DNA of 64,000 bases from Hydrolagus affinis (lineage: Eukaryota): contig JAAILG010000768.1 of NCBI GenBank assembly GCA_012026655.1, forward strand, positions 1 through 64,000, written 5' to 3'. The notes below the pieces were generated by a model. The model was not told the origin of the DNA. It searched no databases and worked only from the letters and a program-made list of their open reading frames with translations. Numbering within the stretch: position 1 is the first letter of the stretch; each line of letters starts with the position of its first letter. Position numbers and translations under genes: made by a program. Below, one piece after another: positions 1-9,907 of this stretch.

Positions 1-175
1 GTCGAAACCCCTCATGATCTTATAAACCTCTATTAGGTCTCCCCTCAATCTTCTCTGTTCCAGAGAGAATAACCCTAGCCTATCTAGCCTCTCCTCATAG
101 CTGAAGTCCCTCAATCCTGGCACCATCCTAGTAAATCTTCTTTGTACCCTTTCCAATGTCTTCACATCCTTATAA
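1..175 (-). mobile_element. CR1 LINE fragment (ORF2 C-terminus)
   Basis: Reverse complement translates as [56 protein letters not shown], the typical CR1 ORF2 end. Confidence 0.85.
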
Positions 176-488
176 TGAATGTTTACACACACTTTAAATC
201 TCGTGGGCTTCTCGTGCGCAGCTTCTCATGGGTAGCGTCTCTCCGGTTGCCCCCACAACACACGCTCAGTCTTTAGCGTGCCTCAGTTAAGCATTACAGT
301 GCAGCCCCTCCCATATGGGAGGAGCTTAAGTGGCAGGATGCTTTGTGGCTTCAATAATAGTAAATCGAGGACTGTCTTGTTTACAATTGTTTATTGTTGT
401 ATTTACTAACATTTTTATATTTTATTGTTGTATTTAAAGTTGTGTACCCTTCAACCGCAGTTATATCTAACTTAGGCCTTTGCTAGTA

Positions 489-721
489 CAGGTTGAGTAT
501 CCTGAATTCGGGCCCGTAGTCGAGCCCACGTTCGGGTATTTCTGGACTTCGGAACGCCAGAAGCGCGTCATGTATCCGGAAATGCCTGGGCCCAGTTTGC
601 GATATTTCAGTGCGGTGACTGTGAAGACCTAGCATAGAGCAGGTAGGATTGATGTTCTTATTCTTGCAATTTTTGTCACATTCCGGATTCCGGAACTCCA
701 GGATTTTGGCTGCTCAACCTG
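489..721. mobile_element. Tigger/pogo-type (Tc1-mariner) MITE
   Basis: TA|CAGGTTGAGTATCC ... GCTGCTCAACCTG|TA: terminal inverted repeats with TA duplication; terminus resembles Tigger4/MER46. Confidence 0.75.
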
Positions 722-824
722 TACACCGAAAATGTTAACGCTAGGAACCATTAGGAACTAAACTGATTTTAGCGGAGAGACTCAAGTCGGGGCGGCATTT
801 TGGCTGCGGCCAAATACAATAATA

Positions 825-905
825 CAGTTAAACTCTCACTTAACTAAATTTTCGCTTAACAAAGGGTTTTAAAACTCCCTAACCCCTTCGTTAAGTGGGA
901 TCCTG
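825..905. mobile_element. Tiny putative Tc1-mariner MITE
   Basis: TA|CAGTTAAACTCTCACTTAAC ... GTTAAGTGGGATCCTG|TA; imperfect inverted termini flanked by TA. Confidence 0.4.
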
Positions 906-916
906 TACAGTAGATA

Positions 917-1010
917 CAGTAGAAGCCCGTTTATCCGGCACCCGCGGGACCTGGCCAATGCCGGTTAAAGCACCTGACGGATATTTGGGTGGCCCGAGGC
1001 CGAAAACCCA
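917..1010 (+). mobile_element. Left part of a Tigger-type element, same family as 33742-33960; right TIR not found
   Basis: TA|CAGTAGAAGCCCGTTTATCCGGCACCCGCGGGACCTGGCCAATGCCGGTTAAAGC is near-identical to the start of the 33742 element. Confidence 0.7.
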
Positions 1011-1502
1011 GTACAAAAAAATTAAAGTTCTTTTAACACACACCATACATACCATACTAGGTAATAGCAGATAGTGGAAGAGTATTGTGTTGGTGGTGTT
1101 CCTGGGGCTGCTCTCTTTACTGTTTGGGGTTTGCAGTCCAGCGATTCTTTTTTGAATGGGGACGCCAGGCGGGTGAAAGAAGCGGCAGCCCGATTTTAAA
1201 GTCGCGCAACTTTACTAGCTGCAAGCCAAAGCCCCAGACTCTACTAGCGGCAAACTAAAATACTGCACCTGAGTGACAATATCGGTTAACGGCTAGCGTT
1301 ATCGGCTTGCTGCTAGTATGACTTTGAAGTCATATGCGCTCCATTTTTCTCGCCCGCTTGGCGTGAACCATTTTGGGAGGGGTCGCTGGACTGTAAACCT
1401 CAACCGCAGCATCATGGCTTCAAGTGCAGCATCTACCAGCGGGGGTGGGGGTGCTGGAGAGCAGTTTTGACGATGAGTGCCAATGCAATATTCTGTTATT
1501 AT

Positions 1503-1691
1503 TAGGGTCCGTCAATATGGAAATTTTCCGATTTAGATATATCGATGGGCTCATATCGAGATATACCAAAATATTGATATTTCCGGGTTTTTCGTACTGT
1601 GCATGCGCGCGCAGCGCGTGCATTCGTAGTGCGCGCGCATTCGGGGTGCGCGCACGTTCCAAGTGCGCGCGCATTCCAGGTGCACGCGCAT
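1503..1691 (+). mobile_element. hAT MITE (ATATCGAT family), truncated copy 1
   Basis: Starts TAGGGTCCGTCAATATGG, has ATATCG-rich subterminal repeats, and breaks off within the 17-bp GTGCGCGCGCATTC minisatellite. Homologous to the 9484 and 21870 copies. Confidence 0.75.
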
Positions 1692-1714
1692 AATAATCGA
1701 GCGCTATCTCAGAG

Positions 1715-2244
1715 CGCTAAAGAGATTAAGGGAGATGGAGATAGGGCGAGTAAGCTCCTGCCTATCTCTCTGACCTGCTGTCCCCCTATCAGCCTGTCCG
1801 TTCGCTCCTTTCAGCCAGCTCTGACCTGCTCCACGTCCCCCGCCCAAACCGCCCTACCATCAGTGGCTGGGCTTTCAGCCTCTCTGCCCCCACACTCTGG
1901 AACTCCATCCTGCAATCGCTTCGCCTCGCTTCTTCACTTTCCTCCTTTAAGGCCAGTCGCAAGACCTTCCTCTTCGACAGTGTCTTATGCTCCCCTCCCA
2001 ACTCCCCCCTCGCTTACTCTCCTTCCCCCTGCCCCAACCCCATCCCCTGCTCGGGTTCCAACCTAAATGTTCAGCACCTTGAGACGTCCTCCCGACCTGA
2101 AAGGCACTCTATAAATGTAATTTTGTGTCATTGTAAATAGAATTAGGATAGAAGATCAGCCATGATCTTATTAAATGGCAGGGCAGGCTCAAGGGGCTGA
2201 AAGGCCTGCTCCTGCTCCTGCTTCTTATGCACATATGTTCTTAT
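1715..2244 (+). mobile_element. CR1 3' end, interrupted by an L2 3' fragment (1755-2134)
   Basis: 1715-1754 plus 2138-2244 reconstitute the CR1 tail seen intact at 25711-25853 (GATCAGCCATGATCTTATT...TTCTTATG). The insert ends in the L2 tail GAAAGGCACTCTATAAATGTAATTTTG. Confidence 0.75.
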
Positions 2245-2245
2245 A

Positions 2246-2375
2246 ATAAGTCTTGCATTTGATGTTGTGCCTTTTCAAGTCGTTGAGATATCTCAAAGTG
2301 CTTCACAGAATATATTGTAAAGTGGATTTTGTGGGTGCAACACAACATTCAATTGCATGCAGAAGTGTCTCACAA
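2246..2375 (-). mobile_element. SINE 3' fragment
   Basis: Reverse complement of the family tail (...CTCAAAGTGCTTCACAGAATATATTGTAAAGTG...). Confidence 0.65.
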
Positions 2376-2509
2376 ATTAACACTGAGGAGGCATAACCAA
2401 GAGAGCCATCCAGGTTACAGTAATCCAAGGCATTGTTGATAGATAATGAGTCAGCCAGTCATATCAATGAGACAAACAAAAGTTAGCCTGGTTTCAGTCC
2501 TACCTAACA

Positions 2510-3260
2510 AACCTCCTTCACTTTGTCTCTTCTAATGGTTTCTGCTCCTGCCCCCGCCCGGTCAACTGTGGTGTACCCCAGGGCTCCATCCTTGACTCCT
2601 CCTCTTCCTCATCTATATGCTCCCTTCTGGCGATGTCATCTGCAGACACAGGGTAAATTTCCACATGTATCCAGATGACACACAAATCTATTTCTCCTCT
2701 TCCAGATGTGACTCCAGCTCCGCCAATATTCTCTCGGCTTGTCCGGCAGACATCAGGGCCTGCATTGAGCACAAATTTAAAAACTAACTATTGACAAGAT
2801 GGAAGCCATACTCCTTAGCTCCCATCAATGTCTTCTGTACTGTGGTTCTGACCTTCTCAACCTCTTCGGCCTATCCCTTAGACTCACCGAACCAATGAGC
2901 AACCTATAGGCATCAGGTTCAACCCACAGCTTTCCTTCCTTGCCCACATTTGGCTCTGACCAGGAACATCTTCTTCCATCTTGCTCACCTCCAATCCCAG
3001 AAGCAGCTAAAACACTAGTTTATGCATTTGTCACCTCTGGACTTGAGTTTTCAAATACCCTCTTCACCCATCTCCCCAACTCCTCCATGAACAGGATCCA
3101 GCTGGTCCCCATCTTTATTTTGTGCCTGATGATTTTCCTCTTTGACGGTCACCTCCCCCTTCCCCAAAGCTCTGCATGGTGCTCCGCTACTCTCAAGCTC
3201 TCCAGGAAGCTAACCTGTGTGAGGGGTGAATATAAATGCAAGTTGTTTTTGTTGTTGTTA
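2510..3260 (+). mobile_element. Degenerate L2 LINE (RT domain to 3' tail)
   Basis: Decayed motifs GVPQGSIL, FHMY(P)DDTQIY and AKTLVYAFVTS; tail ATAAATGCAAGTTGTTTTTGTTGTTG. Confidence 0.8.
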
Positions 3261-4102
3261 GTATGTCATTTAAATAAGAGAGGCAAAATCTCTAATTAGT
3301 AGAACATTTGTAACTGGATATTTTACCAGTTCTTCATTTGAGTGTGCTATCTGGTTTACCTTTGCTAAGTAGAGTGTTGGAACAGCACCTGCAGAGTAAC
3401 ACTCAATAATATGATAACAATAACATTAGAATAGGAGAAGATTATAATCTATCAAATGTGCTCTAGCCAGCTTTGAATCTCCATATGAATCTGTATTGGT
3501 AACGCAACATCCTGTATACTTGTGAAACACTGAGCAGATAGGGTTTTGAGGACAAATCAGTAATGGAATTAATTTTGTGAATTCACATCAGTTTCTTTGT
3601 AATGCATTTTTTTATTTTAAACATTTCCACTCATTCCACTCATTGCTGTTGGGAATACAAAACAATAAATGGGCATAAACCTGTTGGAACAGAATAATGC
3701 ATGTCTTCTGAGTGCTCACATCTTGGAAGACGATTTACTTGTTTGAACCTCCAAAGCTTGCAGAGCAGCAGTTAAGAAAAGAAGAGTGAAGAGAGAAAAA
3801 AAACCTGATCTGATATACAGTGACATACTTTTGGCCTTTTAAAGCAGTACGATGGGTTCATAACTCCTGACTTTATCCATGACAAAAATGTTCCAGTGGG
3901 GATCTAAAAATCTTCCTGTGACCTTTTTCTGTGCACAATCACAAACTAAACACAATGTAAAAGAGTACATAAAGGATGTAATTATTCTGAATATTACAAA
4001 ATAATATGTACACAGCACCATTCCACTCTTATCACTCATGGTGATTTCTTACTGAAGAAAAAGTGCTCTTGCATGCCAAGCGTAGAGTTTCATATTTCTA
4101 AT

Positions 4103-4330
4103 GACAAAAACAGGGAGCTGGGAACACTCAGCAGGTCAGGCAGCATCTATGGAGAACGGAAAGTGAGTCAAAGTTTCGGGTCCACGACCCTTTGTCGAGT
4201 TCCGAAATGTTGTGGACCCGAAATGTTGACTCACTTTCCTTTCTCCATAGATGCTGCCTGACCTGCTGAGTTTTCCCAGCTCTCTATTCTTGTTTCAGAT
4301 TTGCAGCATCTGCAGTATTTTGTGCTTTGT
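4103..4330. mobile_element. Penelope-like pLTR-derived foldback element
   Basis: ~83-bp arms (4103-4185 vs 4212-4294) about 90% complementary; contains GATGCTGCCTGACCTGCTGAG and GGACCCGAAA motifs typical of chondrichthyan Penelope-type repeats (from memory). Confidence 0.6.
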
Positions 4331-4377
4331 TCATATTTCTATGGACTGTCATCTTTACCTTCCTACCCACTTTGGTT

Positions 4378-4500
4378 CCTACCTAAATACAGTCAATTCA
4401 CTTTACTGTGAAGTGCGAAGTATATTCTGTGAAGTGTTTTGAGACATTTCGAAGATGTGAAAAGCAGTATATCAAGTGCAAGGACTATTATTATATTATT
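4378..4500 (+). mobile_element. SINE 3' fragment
   Basis: TACAGTCAATTCACTTTAC...GTGAAAAGCAGTATATCAAGTGCAAGGACTATTATT family tail. Confidence 0.7.
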
Positions 4501-4567
4501 ATATATCACCTACCCCCAGCTCGGGTGCCCAGCCATTTATGCTTTGTTACATTGTCCCAGCACTTTA

Positions 4568-4621
4568 TCAACCACTCAATCAACCACTCAATCAACCACT
4601 CAATCAATCAATCAATCAATC
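4568..4621 (+). repeat. Compound microsatellite (TCAACCACTCAA)3 + (TCAA)n
   Basis: Directly visible tandem units. Confidence 0.9.
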
Positions 4622-7600
4622 CAAAAATACTTTATAAATGTATATTGAAATGTATTGTATATCTCCAGAACTGGAGAAAAATCTGACCCAGACTTTGGGT
4701 GGGGGGTAAGGACACAAACATACTGTATATGTTTTCTTTAATCTGGTGGGAGTGATAAGTGTGGTCAATTTGGAGCTGTGCTGGCTGCAAGGTGACATTC
4801 TTGGCAATAGAATTTTCAAAGCAAGCCAACACTCTGTGGTAGTTTGGTTCCTGAGCCAGGCTGGTCTGCAGTACTCTGAGTCACTCCTGATGACAAACCG
4901 GCCAGCTTGGCTCATCAGCAGGGAGGGACAAATCAGTCACTGGGCCAGGGATTCTTTTAACTCGGCTCCTGTTATCTATGCAAGTCAAAGCTCTGACAGA
5001 TATTGTGATCCTTCCCAGACAATCAGCGCAAAGCTTTCCTGTGTTTGCCATGGTAAGGTGCAGTTTTAGCTGGTTAAACTCCAGAAGTAATATACCCTCT
5101 CAACCAAGCATTGGCTCTTGCCAACCTATGCCTAAACTCTCTCTGAAATCAAGTAAGCAGAGGGCTCCTCTCTGGGGAGAGTGTGTGCACTTTTTCCAGA
5201 CAAATCAAAACTACCAATATGTAGAATTCTGAGTAATTTGGTTTCGAGATTTAAGCATGATGATGGGTTTTAGGAAGAAATTTGGGAAGTCATGATACAT
5301 CCTGCAATATAGCCAAACCCAACACTTTCAGTGTGAAGCTATCATCCTGATCTCTGATCCAAACTGTTTGTTGCTTTGTCTGCTATAGCTCACAGTACAC
5401 AACAACACAAAGTTTTGAAGCCTATCAGTGGCTTTGTGTCTCTCCGACCTCTGCTCGTTCTGCTCCTGTTTTGTCATTACTCCTTTTTCTATGGGTAAAC
5501 TTAATAGTCCTGTGACATAATACAAAACACTTTTCAACAGAGACTCTGTCCCTTTAACTTGGCTGCAGTGTTGCACACCATGAGTCAGTTGCTACATAAT
5601 CCTTCCCATGTTTATTGAAGTTGCTGTTTGCACTTATGATTTGACACCACTATGGTCCTGGAGCAGTGCTGTGCACAGCACATTTCGGAATGGACCACAG
5701 CATAAATTTAAACACCCACAGTCACCAGATGCATTATCTCACTTGCTGTGCACTGTGATTCTGGTCTGACTTGCTACAGCCTGCACAGCCAAAATAATAA
5801 CGCCATCTGCTATCCTCCTAGGGCCAGGGATTGACTGGAGTCAGAGCAACAACAAAAGTCTTTACCAGCCAACGAGCGTATTGTGTGAGGGCTCCTTTCC
5901 TTTTTCTCATCAAAAAGGTTAACTGCAGTTAAACTTTGCAGTGAGTCAAGGGGATGACTGGACCCAGGGCCCACAGACAGAGAGACCTCACAGATTGCGT
6001 TTCCATTTCAAACAATATAATAAGAAACCAAGTTCCTGCATAGTGATGTGTCCTTTACAGAATGTTTATTTTACTGTTAACCAGCTGACATTCTTGGTAG
6101 ACAAAATTGTACTGAAGTGAAATGGTTTGGGGGCTTTAAAGACTAAATGCACGACAAGACATTTTGAGTCGCACAAAATACAAAGGTTCCACACAACAAT
6201 GATTTGCAATTATATGGGGCTCTTCACATAGATTAATGTCTCGATTAATGTCTAGATATGGAGCCGGAGGGGGAAGGGCAGGTGTTTCGTGTGCATTGGT
6301 CTGTAAGTAGCTATGTGTGTTTGTGGATATTAGTGAGGACAGTATGTGGCTTGTCACAGACCAATAGTCTGCTGATACCCATTGCTCTCAATCTCACACA
6401 AGAATTGGCAACTTGAATTAAGTACTGGAACTGCTTGACGAACTGTACCCCAGCACGAGTTACCATAAAAGTTGGAGGAATTAACAGGAAGGAAAAGACT
6501 GAGATCAACCCGTTTTGTGTAATTTGTTTGTATGGAGAAAACCTCTTATGCAGAATACCTCTTACATCAACATAATGCTCTACTGTTCATTTTGTCCCTT
6601 ATTGCATCACTGACCCCAAATTGCTCTTGGTCACAGAGGTAGAATGACTGTTACTCGAACTTTTAACATCACTAGTGGAAAGAAATATTCAGGGGTACAT
6701 AGAGCAACTAACAAGTAAAAAAAAGAAACAGCACACTAATGCCAAGGGGATGAAACTAATCGCTCGTATAATGGGTACATTTCTCTAGCGTGTAAAGCTT
6801 GAAGAATTGAATCTATGATTATTACCCTGAGGGTGCCAGGGGACTTCTGTCCACGTCCATCAGAGTGGAAAACCGCTGTATGTCAGCAAGAGGAAGTCTG
6901 ATCGGTTCCAGGCAGAAAACCCATTCAGTTCCCCTGAGCTAATGCCTATGCCACTGCTGCCCCAGCGCTGCAGTCAGTTCTCAAGTACCTCCATTTTACT
7001 TTGTGTCTTAAGAACAGTGTTAATATCCTCTCATAAAGAATTGACTCAGTTTAACCTCAAAGGTACTGTATTATTTAATTCTACTGAATTTTTTATCAGG
7101 CCAATAAAAATGGAACATGAGATAGACCGCTGATCAATGTTTCAGATATAGTGCTGCCTATCAAGAAGGTCAAAAGACCTTTCTTAATGGCTGAGGCAGT
7201 GACATCTTCAGGACTCCTCACCGCAACTAAAAGGCAGAGCATCGTTAAGAAAATTATTTGAAAGTGAAGTTATGACTTACTTCTCTGACATTTATTTAAC
7301 AGGCAACATTGCTAACTTGTCATGAATGAATTGCATGCTTCACATCAGTTGATATAAATTTGCTTTCTTTTATTCCCTGCTTCAGTGACCTTATTTAGCT
7401 GTAAAAGCCATCATTCATTTGTATTTTCAGTTCTTGAAGCTGGAAGTAAAGACATTTGTTGTGCTGTGTGTGGGTGAAGCACAGATTATTTATGAAAAGC
7501 ACAATCCATACCATGTGTACATTAATAGTGATATTGCAAGGTCTATAACAATAACAAGTAATAACAACAAATTCCATTTAAATAGCACTTTCACATTAGA

Positions 7601-7650
7601 AGGACATCCCAAGGTGCTGGACAATGAAAGGTTTAGACCCATCACACCAC

Positions 7651-7893
7651 ATATTGAAAGTGAATTGAGTGTATATTTACAGGCAAAACGGGGCAGCCAT
7701 TTATGCACAGGATTGTCCCACAAACAGTTGTGGATTGAAGTGATCAATTTATTATTGTTTTGTTTATTTCTTGAGGAATTATTATCAGGCATGTGGAATA
7801 AGGAAACATGCCCAAGTTTTTGATATGCCAGAAATCAAACCCAGGTCGCTCGCTTGCGAGGCGAGAGCTCTAACCACTGACCTCTAGGACTCC
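7651..7893 (-). mobile_element. tRNA-derived Deu-domain SINE (tail truncated)
   Basis: Minus strand GGAGTCCTAGAGGTCAGTGGTTAGAGC head, B-box-like GGTTTGATTTC and GTGGGACAATCCTGTGCAT body. Confidence 0.8.
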
Positions 7894-8004
7894 AAGGTCT
7901 TGAGATGGACCTTGAGGGCATTTAGGGAAGAAGCAAAGTGAACTGATTCAGGGATGAGTTCCAGAGAATGGGTGCAAAAAGGTTAAAGCACAACCACCAC
8001 TAGT

Positions 8005-8433
8005 GGAGCTCCTGTAGCTCAATGGTTAGAGCACTTGCCTTACAAGCATGAGACCTGTGTTTGAATCCAGACAGTTCAGGGTGAAACCATGGGCAAGTTT
8101 CCTTACTCCACGTGCCTAATAATCATCTGTCCAAAAAAAACACAATAATAAAAATTGGTAATTTTAATCCATGGCTGTTTGTGGGACACTGCGGTGTGCA
8201 ATTGGCTGCCAAGTTTCGCCCACAACTATACAGTCAAATCACTTTACAATATATTCTGTGAAGCACTTTGAGACATCTAGAAGACATGAAAAGCGCTATA
8301 TCAAAAATACATGGATTATTATTATTATATGTGTATAGTCAATTCACTTTATAGTATATTCTGTGAAGCGCTTTGAGATGTCGATAAGATGTGAAAAACG
8401 CTATATCAAATGCAAAGATTATTATTATTATTA
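8005..8433 (+). mobile_element. Full-length SINE plus a second tandem SINE tail
   Basis: A box TAGCTCAATGG, B box GTTTGAATCC, Deu-like GTGGGACACTGCGGTGTGCAATTGGCTGCC, (ATT)n tail at ~8328, second tail 8335-8433, TSD-like ACCACCACTAGTGG/AGCACCTCTAGTGG. Confidence 0.85.
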
Positions 8434-8594
8434 AGCACCTCTAGTGGGACAAGCATGGTAAGTGATGCAAAGCAGCTCAGTACCTGCAGAGCAGAAGGAA
8501 AAGACTGGTTAGTAAGGTTTTAGAGGGTCAGAAAGATAGGGCGGGGCAAGTCCGTAAAAGTGAGGGCAAGAATCTTGAACTTGACCATTTAGGG

Positions 8595-8881
8595 CAGTGG
8601 TTCCCAACCTTTTTTTGCAGTGACCCTAAATTGGCCACCAACAAGTCCTCCCGACCCTCAGACTGTGCAACTGAAGCGAAGCTCAGCCAAGACAATATCT
8701 CCTTCTCAGCCAAGACAATATCTCCTTCTCAGCCAACTCGCTAGTACGGTCTTTCATACAAATTGGTCGGCGGNNNNNNNNNNNNNNNNNNNNNNNNNNN
8801 NNNNNNNNNNNNNNNNNNNNNNNNNNNNNNNNNNNNNNNNNNNNNNNNNNNNNNNNNNNNNNNNNNNNNNNNNAAGCACTG
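8595..8881. mobile_element. hAT-Charlie-like element spanning the assembly gap
   Basis: Starts CAGTGGTTCCCAACCTTTTT (Charlie-type TIR); AAGCACTG right after the gap may be the right terminus; TSD not confirmed; internal 23-bp tandem repeat at 8682-8736. Confidence 0.5.
8774..8873. other. Assembly gap (100 N)
   Basis: Run of N characters. Confidence 1.
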
Positions 8882-8993
8882 TAGTCAGACAAAGATGGGG
8901 ATGATAGGTTCACTAAGCCTGTTATTGGAAAGGAGAAAAGCAACAGCATTTTGAATAGTCTGCAGCTTGTGGAGGGAAGAGCTTGTGGAGGGT

Positions 8994-9260
8994 GGAGCTC
9001 CTGTGGCTTAGTGGTTAGAGCACTTGTCTTGCACACTGGGAGACCAAGCTGGGGAGACCAAGCTGGGGAGACCACAATAATAAAATTGATCATTTCAATC
9101 CACGATTGTGTGTGGGACACTGCTGTGCGCAATTGGCTGCCGCGATTCGCCCACAAATATACAGTCAATTCTTCACTTTACAGTATATTCTGTGAAGCGC
9201 TTTGAGACGTCGATAAGATGTGAAAAGCGCTATATCAAATGCAAGGATTATTATTATTAT
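8994..9260 (+). mobile_element. SINE subfamily B, internally deleted
   Basis: tRNA-like head with 14-bp tandem GGGAGACCAAGCTG, B box deleted, intact Deu region and (ATT)n tail. Confidence 0.85.
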
Positions 9261-9483
9261 AAGAGTTGGGCAAACCAGGAAACAGAGAACATAATCTAGT
9301 CTGGTGATGACAAAAGCAAGGATAAGAGTCTTGACTGATCGAGGGGAAAGATGTTGGTGGAAGTGGGAAATATTGCAATACTGGGCAAAAGCTGAATGAG
9401 TCAAGGCAAGAATATGTGGTTTAAAAGACAAATGAGAATCGGGCAGTTTCCAAGGTTCTGTAGCAGCTTAATAAGGTGGAATG

Positions 9484-9907
9484 TAGGATCCAGCGATATA
9501 TCGATATATCAGTTATATCGATACAATTTTTCATATCGATATGCCGATATCTGAATTTAAAATATATCGATACATTGAAAAATTTGATATGAAAATATAG
9601 ATCGATATATCGTAAATATTGGTATATAGTTTCCGGCGATATATCGGTATTATCGGTATAATGCGATCTTTTCCATTATACCTTGTCGCCGGCATTGCAA
9701 CCTCCTGGGCCTAGAGCACAGAATGCGCGCGCAAATCCGACTGCGTGCGCACACTCCGAATGCGCGCGCACCCCGAATGCGCACGTACCTCTGAATGCAC
9801 GCGCATGCGCAGTATAAAAAAGCCTGGAAATATCGATATATCGGTATATATCGATATGAGCCCACCAATATATCGATATCAGAAAATGTCCATATCGACA
9901 GACCCTA
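9484..9907 (-). mobile_element. hAT MITE (ATATCGAT family), complete copy 2, 424 bp
   Basis: Termini TAGGATCCAGCGATAT / ATATCGACAGACCCTA; 8-bp TSD GTGGAATG (9476-9483) / GTGGAGTG (9908-9915). Confidence 0.85.

Noticed and set aside
1420-2066. ORFs rich in CAR/RAH/YRY repeats (also 9650-9945, 21767-22367)
   Set aside because: Translations of the MITE minisatellite and ATATCG arrays, not genes.
8005-8075. tRNA-like sequences at SINE 5' ends (also 11811, 26716, 30914, 40286)
   Set aside because: They have A/B boxes but no intact acceptor stem and run directly into a SINE body and tail, so they are not tRNA genes.
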